Source of the DNA: Thermoplasmatota archaeon
GTDB lineage: Archaea > Thermoplasmatota > JAKEGO01
DNA length: 64,000 nt
NCBI GenBank assembly: GCA_028279595.1
Contig: JANQNK010000006.1
Coordinates: 128,001-192,000 of the forward strand
Direction: 5' to 3'
The notes under the pieces were generated by a model. That model was not told where the DNA came from. It did no database searches and worked only from the letters and a program-made list of their open reading frames with translations. Positions 47,373-61,500 of the stretch are shown in pieces; position 1 is the stretch's first letter; each line of letters begins with the position of its first letter. A program made the translations under genes and the position numbers.

Positions 47373-49694
47373 TTACTTCCACCGGGTCCTTTTGTCGAAT
47401 CCGATGATCCTCAGGGCGAGCACGAGAAGGGCAGCGAAGACCACGACCATCGCTCCGACGACGACAGGTGGTATCGGGTCGAAATCATCGTCCTTATCCT
47501 CGGATCCCACCTTCACGGGTGTCGAGGATGTTATGTCATATCCCTCGAATGTCACCGTTGCGTTCCCGATCACATCCTTGGTGATGTTCCATTCGAATGT
47601 GTATGTACGCGTGCTCTCCGGGCCGAGGTCCTCGATGTCATTATCGTACAGTGTATCATTGCCCATCTGCACCAGGAGGTACAATCCCTTGGCGGTATAA
47701 TCACCGTTGCATGATACTGTAACAAGTACGGTCCTTACCTCTTCAGAGGATTTGCCGACCTCGATATCGACCGCTATCGTGGGAAGGTCCATCACCTCGA
47801 TCGGTACCCGGATACCCAGGTTCCCAGCATCGTCGACCGCTCTCAGGGAAAAATACGAGGTATAGGGATGTCCAGTGATCGTTATCTCGGTATCGTTCGT
47901 CCAGAACGAGTGGTTACCGTCGATGATAGGTTCCCGATCCATATCGAGGATCTCAACCTGGAACCCGATGACATCGAATTCTGGAGGAGAACCCCATTCG
48001 AGGTGCCATCCATGGTCCCATTCAAGGTCAGGCGTGATCGCGGATGGAGGTGTGTTGTCGATCGAATGAAAGAACAATGGATGCTCCACGACCTGACCGA
48101 CCGAATCCACGATTTCCGCATCGAATGAATATCCTCCGTCCGGAACTGTCGATGTATCAACGGAAACATTGAGTACTGAATCGAATGTCCCGTTCTCTTC
48201 AGAATGGGATTCGACATATCCGTAGAACATCTTCCCATCGACCGATATGCTGACGTTCGCGATCACCTCGTTGTCATAGCCGTACATCCTGAACGTAATG
48301 TTGCCAGAGACGTTCCCATCCTTAGGCCATGGGTGATCCTGAACATCTCGGACCACCATGACCGTTCCGATCCACGGATCCGGTTCGTTGTCCACGACAA
48401 GCACGCGATGTCGATGGACAGTGAAGGCCCCGTCACTCGCGGATATGGTGAAGGTGTGAAGCCCTTCACTGAGCCCAGTCGTGTTGACATCGGTCGTGTA
48501 TGAGCCGTTCCCGGGCATGGTTATCGTCGCGAAGTCATCGATCATCAGGGTGACCACGATATCGTTGTCATCACTCGCATTGGCGATGAATATGACCGTT
48601 CCGTTTATCGAAGGACCCTCCGGACCGCGATATTTGAGTGAAGGAGGATCGAAGTCTGTGTTCGATACATTGACTGTGATCGTTTCCCTGGTCGTCGTGC
48701 CGGTATCATCCTCTACCCGGAACTCGATCTCGTGGGTCCCGTTTTGGACATCAGTGGAGTTCCAGATCGTGGAATAGTGTCCATCCGAGCCATTTATTGC
48801 GACCCACGCACCTTCATCTACCCGATATTGGACGAGTTCGATCGATCTGTTCCTTATCTCGTTCCCAGATGCATTGAGGGCGAGCTCGAGCTGCCCGATG
48901 ACATTGCCCGGTGGCGTTATGACCTCGATCTCGGGCGGGGTGGCGATCATCCCCTGGACCGTGTACCGTGGGTTCCCCGACTCGTTTGCGAATACGGCGC
49001 AGACGATGTTGACGTTCTCATACTGGATATCGCTGAAATTGTCACCGTTCTTGTCAGTGTGATCGGCGCCGACCCAGACGGTCTCGTTCAGCCACCACTC
49101 GCCAGGCTGGAGTCGGGTATCGGCATCGATCGCCATGTCGAGGAATCCGTAGCCATAGTTGTCATTCGAGGTGTCAAGGTACCTCGATACAGGTTCGACG
49201 ACGTAAGCTATCACATTGACCCCAAAGGGGTCCTGCTCTTCGTCAAGGAACAGTCGCACCTTTACACGTATCTTTCCATCTCCAGCAGGGTGCATCTCGA
49301 GCTCCATCTCTATTTCAGGTAGATCTCGCTCTTCCGAATATTCGATGTCTGATTCGTATTCAGGCTGAGTTGCGATCCCGACCTCCTCGAGATAACCTCC
49401 GTCGAACTCGACTGTCGGATAGGACCTCTCGAAGGGATGGTACCTGTCCATCCTTTCATCGGCGAGGTCGTTCTTATCGATGATAAGTGTGACGTAGGCG
49501 AAATCGAATCCTCTCTCCGTGTAAATGTTAGAAAGTCTGACGTTCGCCTTGTGACAGTCTGGACAATCTGACCGAGAGAAGTACTCTCCGATGACCAAAC
49601 GGTCCTCTGCCTCGGATGTCCCGGATACGATGATAACGGCAGCGAACATGAGAAGGAACGCGACAAGCAGACGACTGGATGGCCCATATGTCAT
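47373..49694 (-). CDS. Membrane-anchored surface protein: thioredoxin-like CxxC domain, Ig-like/FN3/CARDB-like domains and a C-terminal TM
   Basis: Signal peptide, EYF....CPDC...YPTV.FDGG, WNST.V.NG.H-type Ig repeats, RAVDDAGN, TM and a basic tail. Confidence 0.8.
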   Translation of the reverse strand: MTYGPSSRLLVAFLLMFAAVIIVSGTSEAEDRLVIGEYFSRSDCPDCHKANVRLSNIYTERGFDFAYVTLIIDKNDLADERMDRYHPFERSYPTVEFDGGYLEEVGIATQPEYESDIEYSEERDLPEIEMELEMHPAGDGKIRVKVRLFLDEEQDPFGVNVIAYVVEPVSRYLDTSNDNYGYGFLDMAIDADTRLQPGEWWLNETVWVGADHTDKNGDNFSDIQYENVNIVCAVFANESGNPRYTVQGMIATPPEIEVITPPGNVIGQLELALNASGNEIRNRSIELVQYRVDEGAWVAINGSDGHYSTIWNSTDVQNGTHEIEFRVEDDTGTTTRETITVNVSNTDFDPPSLKYRGPEGPSINGTVIFIANASDDNDIVVTLMIDDFATITMPGNGSYTTDVNTTGLSEGLHTFTISASDGAFTVHRHRVLVVDNEPDPWIGTVMVVRDVQDHPWPKDGNVSGNITFRMYGYDNEVIANVSISVDGKMFYGYVESHSEENGTFDSVLNVSVDTSTVPDGGYSFDAEIVDSVGQVVEHPLFFHSIDNTPPSAITPDLEWDHGWHLEWGSPPEFDVIGFQVEILDMDREPIIDGNHSFWTNDTEITITGHPYTSYFSLRAVDDAGNLGIRVPIEVMDLPTIAVDIEVGKSSEEVRTVLVTVSCNGDYTAKGLYLLVQMGNDTLYDNDIEDLGPESTRTYTFEWNITKDVIGNATVTFEGYDITSSTPVKVGSEDKDDDFDPIPPVVVGAMVVVFAALLVLALRIIGFDKRTRWK

Positions 49695-49914
49695 GTACGA
49701 TATGATGTCCTCCGGGAACAAATAGGTTTCCAATAGCAGAATCCGACGAAAGAAAAGGTAATTCGACACACGCTCCAAAGCTGTCTGGGTTAATTCGAAT
49801 CCCGTTCCAATCTTTATATGAATGTTACCGAAATATATATATGAAGACGGAATATACTTCCGCAGGATGGGTCCTGGGAAGCCAGACCCAGTAGCAAAAT
49901 GTAGGTGATGTTCG

Positions 49915-52422
49915 ATGAAGACCCTCGTATTGATGATCGCGGTACTAGCCACCATTTTCGTGATCGGAAGCGTTGCTGCGCAAACCGTGGAGAACGACGA
50001 TACGACCCCAATTCGGTTGTACTTCCACTCCGACGGCAGTGATACGCAGTACAACATGAGCTCGATGGGCCCAGGGAGCGGAGATGGAACCCAGATCCAG
50101 GCCGATGACGTACGTGACTATGTGCTCAATCAGACACTCAAGTTCGATCTATTCGTCATAGGGGACGATCTCGGCGGCGGTCAGAAGGGATTCAAGGTCA
50201 ACCTCGAGGTGGATTGCGATTCCACTCTGGGTGGCGACACCGAGGCACAGTTGCAGATAGTCAACGAATCCGATGACTCCATCGTCGCCGAGAGCGCATG
50301 GCTCAGTTCACAGACGAACTGGTCCGTACCGTTCGTCGATGGGGGTATCGATAACTACACGTTCGTGATGGATTCACAGATCATCGTTCGGATAAAGGTC
50401 CGCACTGACGACGCCATAGCCGGATGGGCGAACATCGATACCATCGGTGACTACTACCTTCAGGTCATTTGCTCACCGATAGAACTCAGGATGAGCGCTG
50501 AACTCTACGATTACAGCTCCCACAAGTGGTGGCTCAGCCCGCCGGAGATGGAAGAGGTATCGGAGGAGGAGGACGAGTTCCAGCCGAACATTCCCTCGAA
50601 CCTGAGGTTCATGAACGTCACCGGAGAGGTCCGGAGCGCTTTCGGCTCGTACGATGTAAGGCACGTCACCCTTTCGCTCTTCGAGGGCAACGGCGAGGGT
50701 ACCGAGATCGTCATGGATGAACTGACCGTTCATGAGAACGAGTATCAGGGCAGCGACATCTACAAGTTCTACCACATCTGGTGGTGGAACATCAAGGACA
50801 TCGTCGCGACGGACACCGCGAACAATGCCGACGATTATCGTTGGTACCCGACCTACACGAACCCTGACGGGATCGAGTTCAGGTCCATCTACGGGAGCGC
50901 TACCTTCGACATGCTGGAGTATGCTGTTTTCATGGAGTTCCAGGACGGGAACCAGACCACCTATACCACCGGTGAGCTCGGAAACGAGACGAGCGTCCAT
51001 TTCACCGTCCATAACACCGGAATGTCCAACGAGCAGATCGACCTAGAGGCGAACTCGATCAAGGACTGGAACATCACGCTCGACAAGACGACATTCAGCC
51101 TCTCCGAGGGAGGATCAACCGAGGTGACCGCAACCATAGAGATACCCGGAGATGCCTCGGTCCACGATACGGACACAGCCCAGGTGGAGGCGACCATCGA
51201 CGAAAACCTCGCGTTCAGAGAGACGGTCAACATAGAGATCGAGGCCACCGGGAGCATCAAGTTCGAGTTCATCAACACCGGGAACCTCTCCGAGACGGTC
51301 GGCCCGGGTGAGACGGCCACATACGGATTCAGAGTGACCAACGAGGGGTCCGAGCCGGAGTCCTTCGACCTGAGGAACGACGCTCTCGACAGCGGATGGA
51401 CGATCACGTACGATCCGTCGAGCTCCAAGGACGAGCTGGACGACGGATCCTCCTGGGAGGTCGATGTCAAGATAAAGGCACCGAGCCAGGTGACCGCCTC
51501 GACTGTCCTGGTCGAGGAGATCAACATCTACGCATGGCCCGAGGGACGGAGCGACCTCGAACAGAGACTACTTACAACCACTACCCTGCAGGATTACGAC
51601 ATCATACAGGACATCACTCCCGAGACGGGTATCTCAGAGGTCGAGGAGACCGACCCCGATTTCGAGTATAGTCAGGTCACCTTCGATATCGAGGCCTACA
51701 ACGGCGAGGTCGAGACGGTCGAGGCATCCTTCGAGATCGATTACGATGCCAGCAACATCGACGGATCGGAATGGCTTATCATCGAACCGGACGACGCCGA
51801 TATCGAGGCCGACGAGACCGAGATCTTCACCTACTTGTTCACACCGATGAAGGACATCGAACCGGGATCCTACCACGTCGAGTTCATAGTGCTCTTCGAC
51901 GACGACGGAAAGAGCGAGAGCGGCGACCTCTTCATCGAGGTCGAGGAGTACATCGAGATCGCCGCCGTCACCGTCAGCGAGGACAGTGTCAAGGTCGATG
52001 CGGAGGACAGGGTCACATTCCAGTTCGATCTCGTCAACAACGGGAACGCAGACGATGTGTTCGAGGTCAGAATATCCGGTGTAGACAGCGAATGGGACGT
52101 ATGGATCGACGGGGTCAGCTCGGCGACGAACACGAAGGACATCGATCTTGACCAGGGCGACGAGAAGACCGTCACCATCGAGTTCGTGTCTCCCGAACAG
52201 GCCGAGGGTGAGACCTTCGACATAACGGTCACCGTACAGTCGGAGAACGACCCATCATACGAGGAGTCGCTATCCTTCACGATCAAGGTGGAGGAGAAGT
52301 CCGACGATCCGACAGGCCCTGAGATACTCGAGCGTATGTTACCGTTGATAGCTCTGGTGTTCGTGCTCATCATAATCTTCGCTATGTTCAAGAGGAAGTC
52401 CCGGAAGATGGAAAATCAGTGA
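49915..52422 (+). CDS. Acidic surface glycoprotein with NEW3/COG1470-like Ig repeats and a C-terminal TM anchor
   Basis: Signal peptide, repeated N[TEN]G....[FI] modules, TM followed by KRKSRK. Confidence 0.8.
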   Translation: MKTLVLMIAVLATIFVIGSVAAQTVENDDTTPIRLYFHSDGSDTQYNMSSMGPGSGDGTQIQADDVRDYVLNQTLKFDLFVIGDDLGGGQKGFKVNLEVDCDSTLGGDTEAQLQIVNESDDSIVAESAWLSSQTNWSVPFVDGGIDNYTFVMDSQIIVRIKVRTDDAIAGWANIDTIGDYYLQVICSPIELRMSAELYDYSSHKWWLSPPEMEEVSEEEDEFQPNIPSNLRFMNVTGEVRSAFGSYDVRHVTLSLFEGNGEGTEIVMDELTVHENEYQGSDIYKFYHIWWWNIKDIVATDTANNADDYRWYPTYTNPDGIEFRSIYGSATFDMLEYAVFMEFQDGNQTTYTTGELGNETSVHFTVHNTGMSNEQIDLEANSIKDWNITLDKTTFSLSEGGSTEVTATIEIPGDASVHDTDTAQVEATIDENLAFRETVNIEIEATGSIKFEFINTGNLSETVGPGETATYGFRVTNEGSEPESFDLRNDALDSGWTITYDPSSSKDELDDGSSWEVDVKIKAPSQVTASTVLVEEINIYAWPEGRSDLEQRLLTTTTLQDYDIIQDITPETGISEVEETDPDFEYSQVTFDIEAYNGEVETVEASFEIDYDASNIDGSEWLIIEPDDADIEADETEIFTYLFTPMKDIEPGSYHVEFIVLFDDDGKSESGDLFIEVEEYIEIAAVTVSEDSVKVDAEDRVTFQFDLVNNGNADDVFEVRISGVDSEWDVWIDGVSSATNTKDIDLDQGDEKTVTIEFVSPEQAEGETFDITVTVQSENDPSYEESLSFTIKVEEKSDDPTGPEILERMLPLIALVFVLIIIFAMFKRKSRKMENQ

Positions 52423-52540
52423 TACTCGATAGGCCAATCCGACGGACAAGCCCCATCAGTTAACGATCAGTGTTCACTTGGTCTGGACCATCCTGGGTAA
52501 ATGTGATCAGGCGGCCGGTGGGATATCCGCGGCTGCACGA

Positions 52541-55500
52541 TCACTCTATCGTGAACTCGTCCTCGCAACTCGGACACTTGATGTCCACCGGTCTCTCCTT
52601 CGGAATTATCAGGTTGTGTCCGCACGTCGGGCATGGAGCCACCATGATCTTCCCTATGTCCATGACCTCGGTCTCGATGGCCTTCGGTGCCTCAGGCTCG
52701 GGCTTCTTGATCGGGGCCATACCTGGAACCGTGGGTAGTTCAAGGCGTGGCGGCGGTGTGGCTGGCACCTCGGGAAACGCTTCGACCGGCGCTGCGGCCT
52801 CGGCCGGAGCTGCTTCGGCAGGTGCTGCTGCTACCGCGACTGCGGGTGGTTCCTCACCCTCTGAGAAGGCTGGTGGTCCCTCGAACTCGACCACGGCCTC
52901 GTAGACCTCCGCCTCGATGACGTCTACAGGTGCTGTCGGGGAGATCTCCTTCGCCATCTCCTCGGCCCTCTTCTTCTTCCTCTGTCTGGACATGCCAAGG
53001 AGAAGGACGACCACCACGACGGCGATCACAATTCCGGCGACGATCATGATCGGGAACTCCGATTCATCGTCGCCCTCTTCGACGTAGATCGTCGTTTCCA
53101 CGGAACTGATCTCCTCGAAGGTGTTCCCGTAAGCCTTCACCACGATATCGTGCTCTCCCTTAGGGAGCTTCGTCCTGACATAGAAGGTCATGCCGTCGAT
53201 TGACGTCCCGTTCTGCCAGGACATCTCGTATCGCGTTTCGTCCACGAAGAGGTAGACCTCCGTTGGGAAGACGTTGGGCAACTCGTAGGTGAATATAACG
53301 GTAAAGGTGATCGTGTCGTCCTCGGTCGGGAAGTCGGGACTGTAGGTGAGCGAGCTGAGCTCGGGTGGCTCGGATATCGGTATGAAGACGCCGAAAGTCG
53401 ACAGGTCCTCGAGGTCCGCTGTAATCGTACGGTCCTCGGTGTCCGTCTCGGTGTCGTCTATCGGCATCCACGCGGCGCCCACGAGGTGATAGATCTTCGC
53501 ATCCTCGATGCCGTTGGTGTCATCGAGAGATGATGGATAGGTTATCTCCATCCTTACGTCACGATACTCGCCCGCTCCGTACGGGACTACCTCCACGTAT
53601 GCGTCGAGCGAGATCACTCCTGTCGGGATGTCGTCATCGTAGAAGCCGTCGCCTCCGAGTATGATCCTGTTTCCGACCCACGTGAGCTTGATACTGAATC
53701 CTCCCGATATCGAGAATTCGTTCGTCCTCTCCAAGAGGGTGGGTGTACCGGACATGGTCACGATGGGCCCGAGGTTCCCCTCGTCGTCGATAGCCCTCAC
53801 CGCAAAGAAGTATGTTCCGTTGTCGGGGAGGACGACATGTATCCATTCGTTCTCTCCGGGCTCCTTCGGGACAAGGTCGTTCGTCACGTTGGTGGCGATG
53901 TCCCAGCGTCCCTCGCTCGTGATGTCCTCGTTGTCGTAGCGAATCAGATATGCGGTAGCGCGTCCCTCGTCACCGTCGTCTCCCGGGGCGGTCCACGTGA
54001 GGTTCAGGGTGTCTCCGAAACCAACGTCCTCCGCGAGTGGACTGCCGATGCCGTCGGGTTCGATGACGTCGCCGATGGTGATCGGTCCGTCGCTGTATAT
54101 GAAGACCTCGTTCTCGACGTCCTTCAGCTTGAACATGATGTAGTAGGACCCCTTGTCGACGCCGTCGGTGTCCCACTTGAACTCCGTCCTCGATTCCGTG
54201 AGAGCGGTCTCGGTGATCTCCTCGAACCCGCCGTTCGACCTTTCATCGTCCGTATCGTAGAATATGCGGACCTCGACCTCGTCACCGTCCTCGTCTGACA
54301 CGTTGAAGTAGATCGTGAACTCGTCGCCCGGGTCGATCATGTCGTCGACGCCGTCGGGCTGGTCGATCTCGACGGTCGGGGGAACGTTCGGGGATCCCTC
54401 GCGGATCGGAAGGACGTACTCGGCATAGACCTTCGTCGGGTCCTCGTTCACACCATCCTCGATGGTCGCATACAACCAGTAATCGCCTTCCGGTATGTCG
54501 GTGACGTCCCATTGATAGTCGTCCTTAGGCTGTCCGTTGTCATCCAGGGTGTCCTCGTAGAACACGCCGTCGTGGAGCTTGGTACCGTCGAAGTCCTCGT
54601 CGTCATCGTCGTAGTATATCCTGATCGTGGCATTGTTGTCGGGATCGTCATCCTCCCACTGGATGAAGAACCACGACTGCTCCCCCTTCCAGACGGTATC
54701 GTCCACACCATCAGGGTTCGTGAAGCTGATGAGCGGTGGAACGTTCTTCCACACCGTGACGTTGACGAGGTATTCGGGAGATACTCCGTCGCGCCTGTCG
54801 GTCGAGTTCGCCTGGAGCGTGTAGTTGCCCGGCTCCTCGTCCCGCGTGTCCCACGAAACGGTCCAGTTCCATCTGTTCCACGCGACCTTCTGCACCGGAA
54901 CGAACAGAGTGTGCTGGTTCTGGACCTCGCCGTCCTCGATCCAGAACACGGTCAGGTCCACGGAGTCCAGCTCGTCGTCCGGGTCTATCGTGTAACCGGT
55001 CACGTCGACCTCACCGCTGAGGCGATCGGATTCCTCGGGGAAGGTGATGAACGTCCGCGGTAGCGTATTGACGTTGTCGATCGATACGTTCCGACTGAGG
55101 ACCTCCGAGATGTTCCCTCCGTCGTACGACATCGCATGTATGGTGTAGTTGCCGTCCTCGATCTCCGTCGTGTCCCATTCGAACTCCCAGAACCAGTATG
55201 GGTCCTTCGATCCGGATGTATCCTCGGCGTCCTGCCAGTCGCTTCCCTCGGGCTCCACTCCCCGTTCGGTGATCGCAACGTAGACGTCCGTCACGTTCCC
55301 GTCGTGGTCGGGATCCCTCGCAGTGCCGTTGATGGTTATGATGCCGACGAGCTCGTCGTCCTTCTTCGGCTCCTTTATCGAAACAGTGGGGTCATCGGGA
55401 TTGTCAAGTGATACGTTGATGGTGACCGCCCTCGTCAGGTTCTCTCCGTCCCGAGCACGGGCATAGATATCGTAGACGCCATCATCGGTCCTGTTCGGTG

Positions 55501-58500
55501 ACATCGTGTCCCACTCGTACTCCCACGAGAACCATGAGCCGTTCCCCGATGTATCGTCCGCCTGGACCCAGTCGTTGAGGGAAGGCGACACGCCCTCGGG
55601 CATTATCGCGACCTCGACCTCGTCCATGTCGCCCTCTGGATCGTCGGCGCGGCCTTCGATCATGACAGTACCGTTCACATAGACATCATTCTCTGGCGCA
55701 GTGATGGTACAGTTCGGAGCCTGGTTGTCGACCAGTTCCACCGTTATCGTGAACACCTCGGAATACTCGAAGTTGTTGTCCTCCGAACGAACGTGGATAT
55801 CGTGATCGCCTGGACTGTACAATGAGGTGTCCCAGTCGTAGGTCCAGTCCATCGTACCCTGACAGGATTGCCATGACGACTCACTGTCGAACCTTATCTC
55901 GACGAGGATCACCTCGCCGTCGTTGTCGGTCGCGTTCCCAAGGATGACGTAGCTAGATGAACGGGAGATGCTTGCCCCGTCCTCGGGATCGAAGATCTGT
56001 ACCCACGGTTTCTCGTTGGCCGGTTCGACCTCGTCGAACCACTCGGTGTGGCTGGTCGTCATATCGACGTCGCGCTGTTCGGACCATTGGGGTGTCTGGA
56101 CATCGACCGTTGTGGTGTTCTGGGCAATCCCCAATTCACCATGGATCCTATCTGTCACTATGATCCAACGTACGTAACCATCTGAATTGGTTGCAGGATC
56201 GGTCCCACCATATCCGTTCGAAGCGTAGATGACATCGTCATTGTCCTTGACCTGGACATCGGCGCCTTCGAGGTCCTGGCCGTTCGTGTCGTTCACGTGG
56301 ATGAGCAAGTAGTTCATCACGACCCATTGCCCATCCTCGACAGAGATCCCGCCAGAATAAGAGACGTTCAGTGTGGTTACGTTCGAATTGTCAACTTCGG
56401 TAGCTTGCTGAGATGAGATGGTCGAATTCTCGAGATAGACGTCAGTATCGTTATGGAGTATCAGTGCATATCGTGTATCGTCGATGGTGGATCGGACCAT
56501 GCGGGTGTTATCTGTTTCGTATATGGTCATGCCATATACAGTGTCGATCAACTCAACATTCGTGAGGTTTAACGAGGTCGAATTCTGAGAGTAAACTCCG
56601 ATCCTGTTCCTTGAGAGGTCCCCTCTTATCGAGACCTCGTCACAATAGACGGCCAGGATACCCTGTTGGTTGTTATGGACCACAACATCGACCATCGCAC
56701 TGGAATTGACGATCCCGATGTAACCGTAAGTTCCATTGATGTAGGTCATATCAGGTTGAGAGACGAGATATATCATCTCATGACCATCGACCGAATTACT
56801 TGTGTCGATGTCATGGAGATAATGAACCAGGCTCGTCCCCTCGACACCAAAGTTGTAACTATCTCCCTCAAGGCTCACGTTCCTCATGATGATCGATGTA
56901 CTTTCGTTTAGCTTGATTCCTAAATATATGGAAATTACTTCGATGGATTCAAGGACCATATTTGATGAATTAACACAGTTGACTCCCAACGTATCACTCT
57001 TGATGTTGGAAGAAGTTATGTTGACGAAAGACGAATCGATAGATTCTATCCCGAACCTTGGCTGGTCGATATATATCTGTTCGAGATGGATCATTTCAGA
57101 TCTCTCGATAACCACACCGTTCTCGGAGGTCGAAATGTTACATGACAACATAGATATGTTCAAGGAATTGAAGATGTACAATCCATCGTCGTCTCCTGAA
57201 AGATCACATTGAGAGATCGTTACGTTCCCACAATCGTCAAGATAGATCCCAGTATCTACAGAATCGAAGGTATTGTTGAATATTACTATTTCGTCAACGT
57301 TATAGTAGCCAAGACCTTCATCATTGATATTGGTGAGTGATAGATCCATTGCTGTGATATTCCGTCCTTCAACGACCTGAATACCTGTGTCGCCCCTTTC
57401 GAATTCTGTACCTTGGATCAATACGTTCTCGCTATTGTTGATCATAATTCCATCATCGAGCGCCCAGAGTATGCTATTGCGAATCGTAAGATTATCCGAA
57501 TCGACAGCATGGATCCCTGTTCCAGTGTTGAAATTGTTAGTGATATTGACCGATTCGATGGTTACATTGTGGGATGAAATCGTTAATAGTACGATATCGT
57601 CAGAAGAAGAAATTTCTGAAGTGGATCCGTTTCCGAGAAGAGTGACCTCGAGGGTGATGTTCAGTACCTCACGATAGAGGCCATCCCAGATCCGAATCAC
57701 ATTTCCAATTGTTGCGTTATCCAGGCCCTTCTGGATCGTATCGAAGGGATGCACACGGGAACCATCCATATCTGGATCCCCCGCATTGTCGTCGTCCACG
57801 TACAATATTCCCTCCTCAGACATGTTTACTACAAGCTCTTCGACATGCGACCATGACATGTTGATCGTCAGGTTCGCCTCGGTCCCCTCGGCCATCGCAT
57901 ATGCTTTCGTCTCGTTCTCGATAGCAGTGCTCGAACCGTCGTAGATCCGATCAGTCACAAGGACCCAGTCGATGTAACCGTTCTTCGCGGTCTTCGGATC
58001 GGTGCCGTTGTAGCCTGCGGAAGCATAGACCGACTCATCATTGTCGGTGATGTTGACGTCGGCGTTATTCCATGGCTCGTTGTACTGGTTGATGACGCGG
58101 ATCTGGAGGTAGTTCTTAACTGTCAGGGTCGATGAGATATCGACTGAGACACTGGAGAAGTCCGAATTGATTGTGGTCGCGGATCCCGTGGTAGCGACCG
58201 TAATGTCCGAAGATGTCGAACTAGAGATCGTCGTGTTCCCAATCCTACCCCCTATGGTCGAGTCGACGATTATACCACGATTCGAATCCGATATCGAACA
58301 GTTCTCTACCAGGAAGTTGTCAGAGAGAAGACTGAATGCCATCCCGTCGTTCGAAGATTCCGTCACATTGGTCGACAGGACCTGGACGAGGGATGACTGA
58401 GACGAGAAGATACCAAAGGTGCTGTTGATGATCATACAACCTGATACGACGGTCTGGTCGCTATCAGATATCTCGATGCCATCATCACCGTGATCCTCGA

Positions 58501-61500
58501 TCGAAACGGCCGAAATGTAGGCTCCGGGCACATCCTCGAGGTGGATGCCGTCGTTGGTGTTCTTTCTGATCGATCCACCGGTGATCATCACATTATCAGT
58601 ATCGAGCATCCAGATGCCGGTGTTCGTGTTCCTGTTAGCGTCGATGTTGGTGATGTTGATCCACTGGGATGCTTCGGAACGGATGCCGTAGGAGCTATCC
58701 TCCGCCGTCGAATTGATGATCTCGACATCATGGGAGCCATCTATGTATATTCCATACTCAGAGCCTGCTACTAGGACATCATGAATGGTCACATTCGTCA
58801 TCGTGTTCGTGTCGATGGCAGCGTCGCCGGCTCCAGTGCCCGAGTTCGTGATCCGGACACCACTGATCGTAACATCATTTGCATACAACCAGAGGACGTC
58901 ACCGGTACCGAGACCGAAAATGGTCGTGTTCGCCGATCCGTTCCCAATGATCCAAAGCCCAGTATGGTTGACAGTGACGTTCTCGTCGTAAGTGCCAGCC
59001 CAAACGCGGAGAGTGTGATTTATTGTAGCGTTCTCCATCCCTCTGAGAATGGTATCGAATGGATGGTCGGGGGATCCGTCCATCTCGGGATCGCCTGTGT
59101 TGTCGTCATCGACGTACCAGGTCGGACCAGCATATGGTTCGATGTAGGTGAACTTCTCAGTGTGGCTCGTGGACATGTTGATATCACGATATTCGGTCCA
59201 GTTGCCAAACATCATCTCAATTGCTGTAACGTTCTCAATCGCAGTCGAGTTATCAGTGTAGGTCCTATCGGTGATGACAATCCAATGGGCCGTTCCGTTG
59301 GCACCTGTCTGTGGATCAGTTCCCCCATATCCATCGGTGGAATATACAGTTACGTTGTTATCGGTGATATGGATGTCAACGCCTTCTGTCGCAACGTTGG
59401 TCGCCTTCACAACGGAGACATGGAGGTAATTCTGAACGATGATATTCGAATCTCCCCACACATTTACCGTGGTGAATGACGTGTTCAAGGTGGTAATGGA
59501 TGACCCACCACACCAGATGTCATCACCCCAGTCATCTCCATCTTCTTCAAGTGTCGAGTTGACGATTTGGACTGAACTGTTGTCATCCAACCAAAGCGAT
59601 TGAGAGAAATCGATGACAGAAATGTTCCGCATGTAATTATCGGGCGATCCGTCAAGGTAGATCCCTGTGACATCGCTGTTTCCACTGATAGAGGTGTTCA
59701 CGATGGAGGAATCCCACATCATCACGTTGTTCGAGTCCCAATATTCGATCGCATTTCCGTGTGAATCATCCACGATGATGCAATCAAGGTTCTGAATGGA
59801 AATGTTCGTTGAGAACCACACAAAAAGACCATGCTCTGCCCGAACCGAATTATCGACCATAACAACATTTTTAGACCGATTAACGAAGTATCCTCGCCAA
59901 CCTGATGAGACCTCACAATTGCGGATCTCAACGTTCTCCGAATCACTGCTTACATTGATCCCATATGTTACGTCCTTGAATGTACAATTGGTGATCAACA
60001 TGTTGGTTGCTTCGAGCATGATTCCAGCGTGGGAACTGTCGAACCTACAGTTCGTTACCGATATGTTTGTGATATTCCAATGTCCTTTTATTCCAAACCT
60101 CAATGCTCTCGATTCTGTTTTCGTGTGATCGAAATCAATATCATGAAATGCGAATCCATTCGATCTAGACATCTGGATACGACCGTATATCGTATTCTTC
60201 TGGATCCGGGTCCTGTCACCTCTACTATGTTCAATCGATTTGAGTTCTGAGTTCACGAGAACAGAGTCGTTCGTATACATCCTTAGAGTGATGTTCGTTT
60301 TTACATCGTCAAATGTACAAGAATCACCGTAGATCCAGATGTAGCCATCCTCAGTGTAGTTCAGATTCATGCTCTGAAGTGTGACGCTTTCGTTTACGAT
60401 ATCGAAGGTATATGTATCAACGAGCACCTCTTCGGTTCCATTCCCGATGATGGTAACTGAAACGCTCACATTGACCAAGTCTTCGTAGTAGTACCCTTCA
60501 TAGACAAGGATCGTATCCCCGTCCTCAGACGCATTGATCGCGTCCTGGATGTGCTCGAAGTCCCTCCATGAGCCGTTGTCGTCGTCGACGATCCAGGTAT
60601 TGGAATCATCGAGTGACATGAGAGGATATCTATCGTAAACATCTCCAGGGTCATCGATTTCGTATGCCTTATCTCCGATGTTATCTCCATCCGTATCCGT
60701 ACCATCATAGTCGGACCAGTAATTACCATATGATTCGTAATCCCAGGTACCGTTCTCTCCACCAGCACCCTGGGAGAATTCACCACCATTATCGATGAAC
60801 CTGTTATGATGAATCTTAACCGAAGATGGTGAGCCTGAACCAGTAATTTGAATTCCATAATCCCCGTTGTCTGAGAATTCATTATCATGAATCATAAGAG
60901 AATCGAAATTCGTGAACTCGGAAAAAAAGATATGAATACCACGGTCGTTTGATGAAACTATTTCATTTTCGTTAAGGATGATAAGATCAGAATCGTGGAG
61001 CCTAATTCCATCAAATGATGAATTCGTAATATTATTCAATGAGATGTTTCCAGAAATCATCCTTGTATTTTGAATCCCATTGCCACAGCGATATATCGAA
61101 TTCAGAGTGATGTCGATATCTTCATTGTCGTCAGTGAGGATTCCCCATCCAGAATCATTAATGATGTTATTGGATATTGTAATGTTATCGGAATCCTCGA
61201 TATTTACTCCGACATTATTGTTGGATAGCATTGAATTGTTAACTTGAATCATCGTCCCATGATCAATGATTAAACCGTTCAGACTTGACGAGATACTATT
61301 ATTATTACAATAGATTGATTCTGACCTCAAGATCCTTATCCCTGCATAGGTAATATTATCATTATTGATACTAGTTACGTTGCAATTCTCTGAGTAGATG
61401 AGATCAATGCCAATAATACAACTTGAGATTCTCTGATCAGTGACGGTGATATTTGTACCATTAGCGATGATAACCTGTGCTGAATCTGTAGGAACTACCA

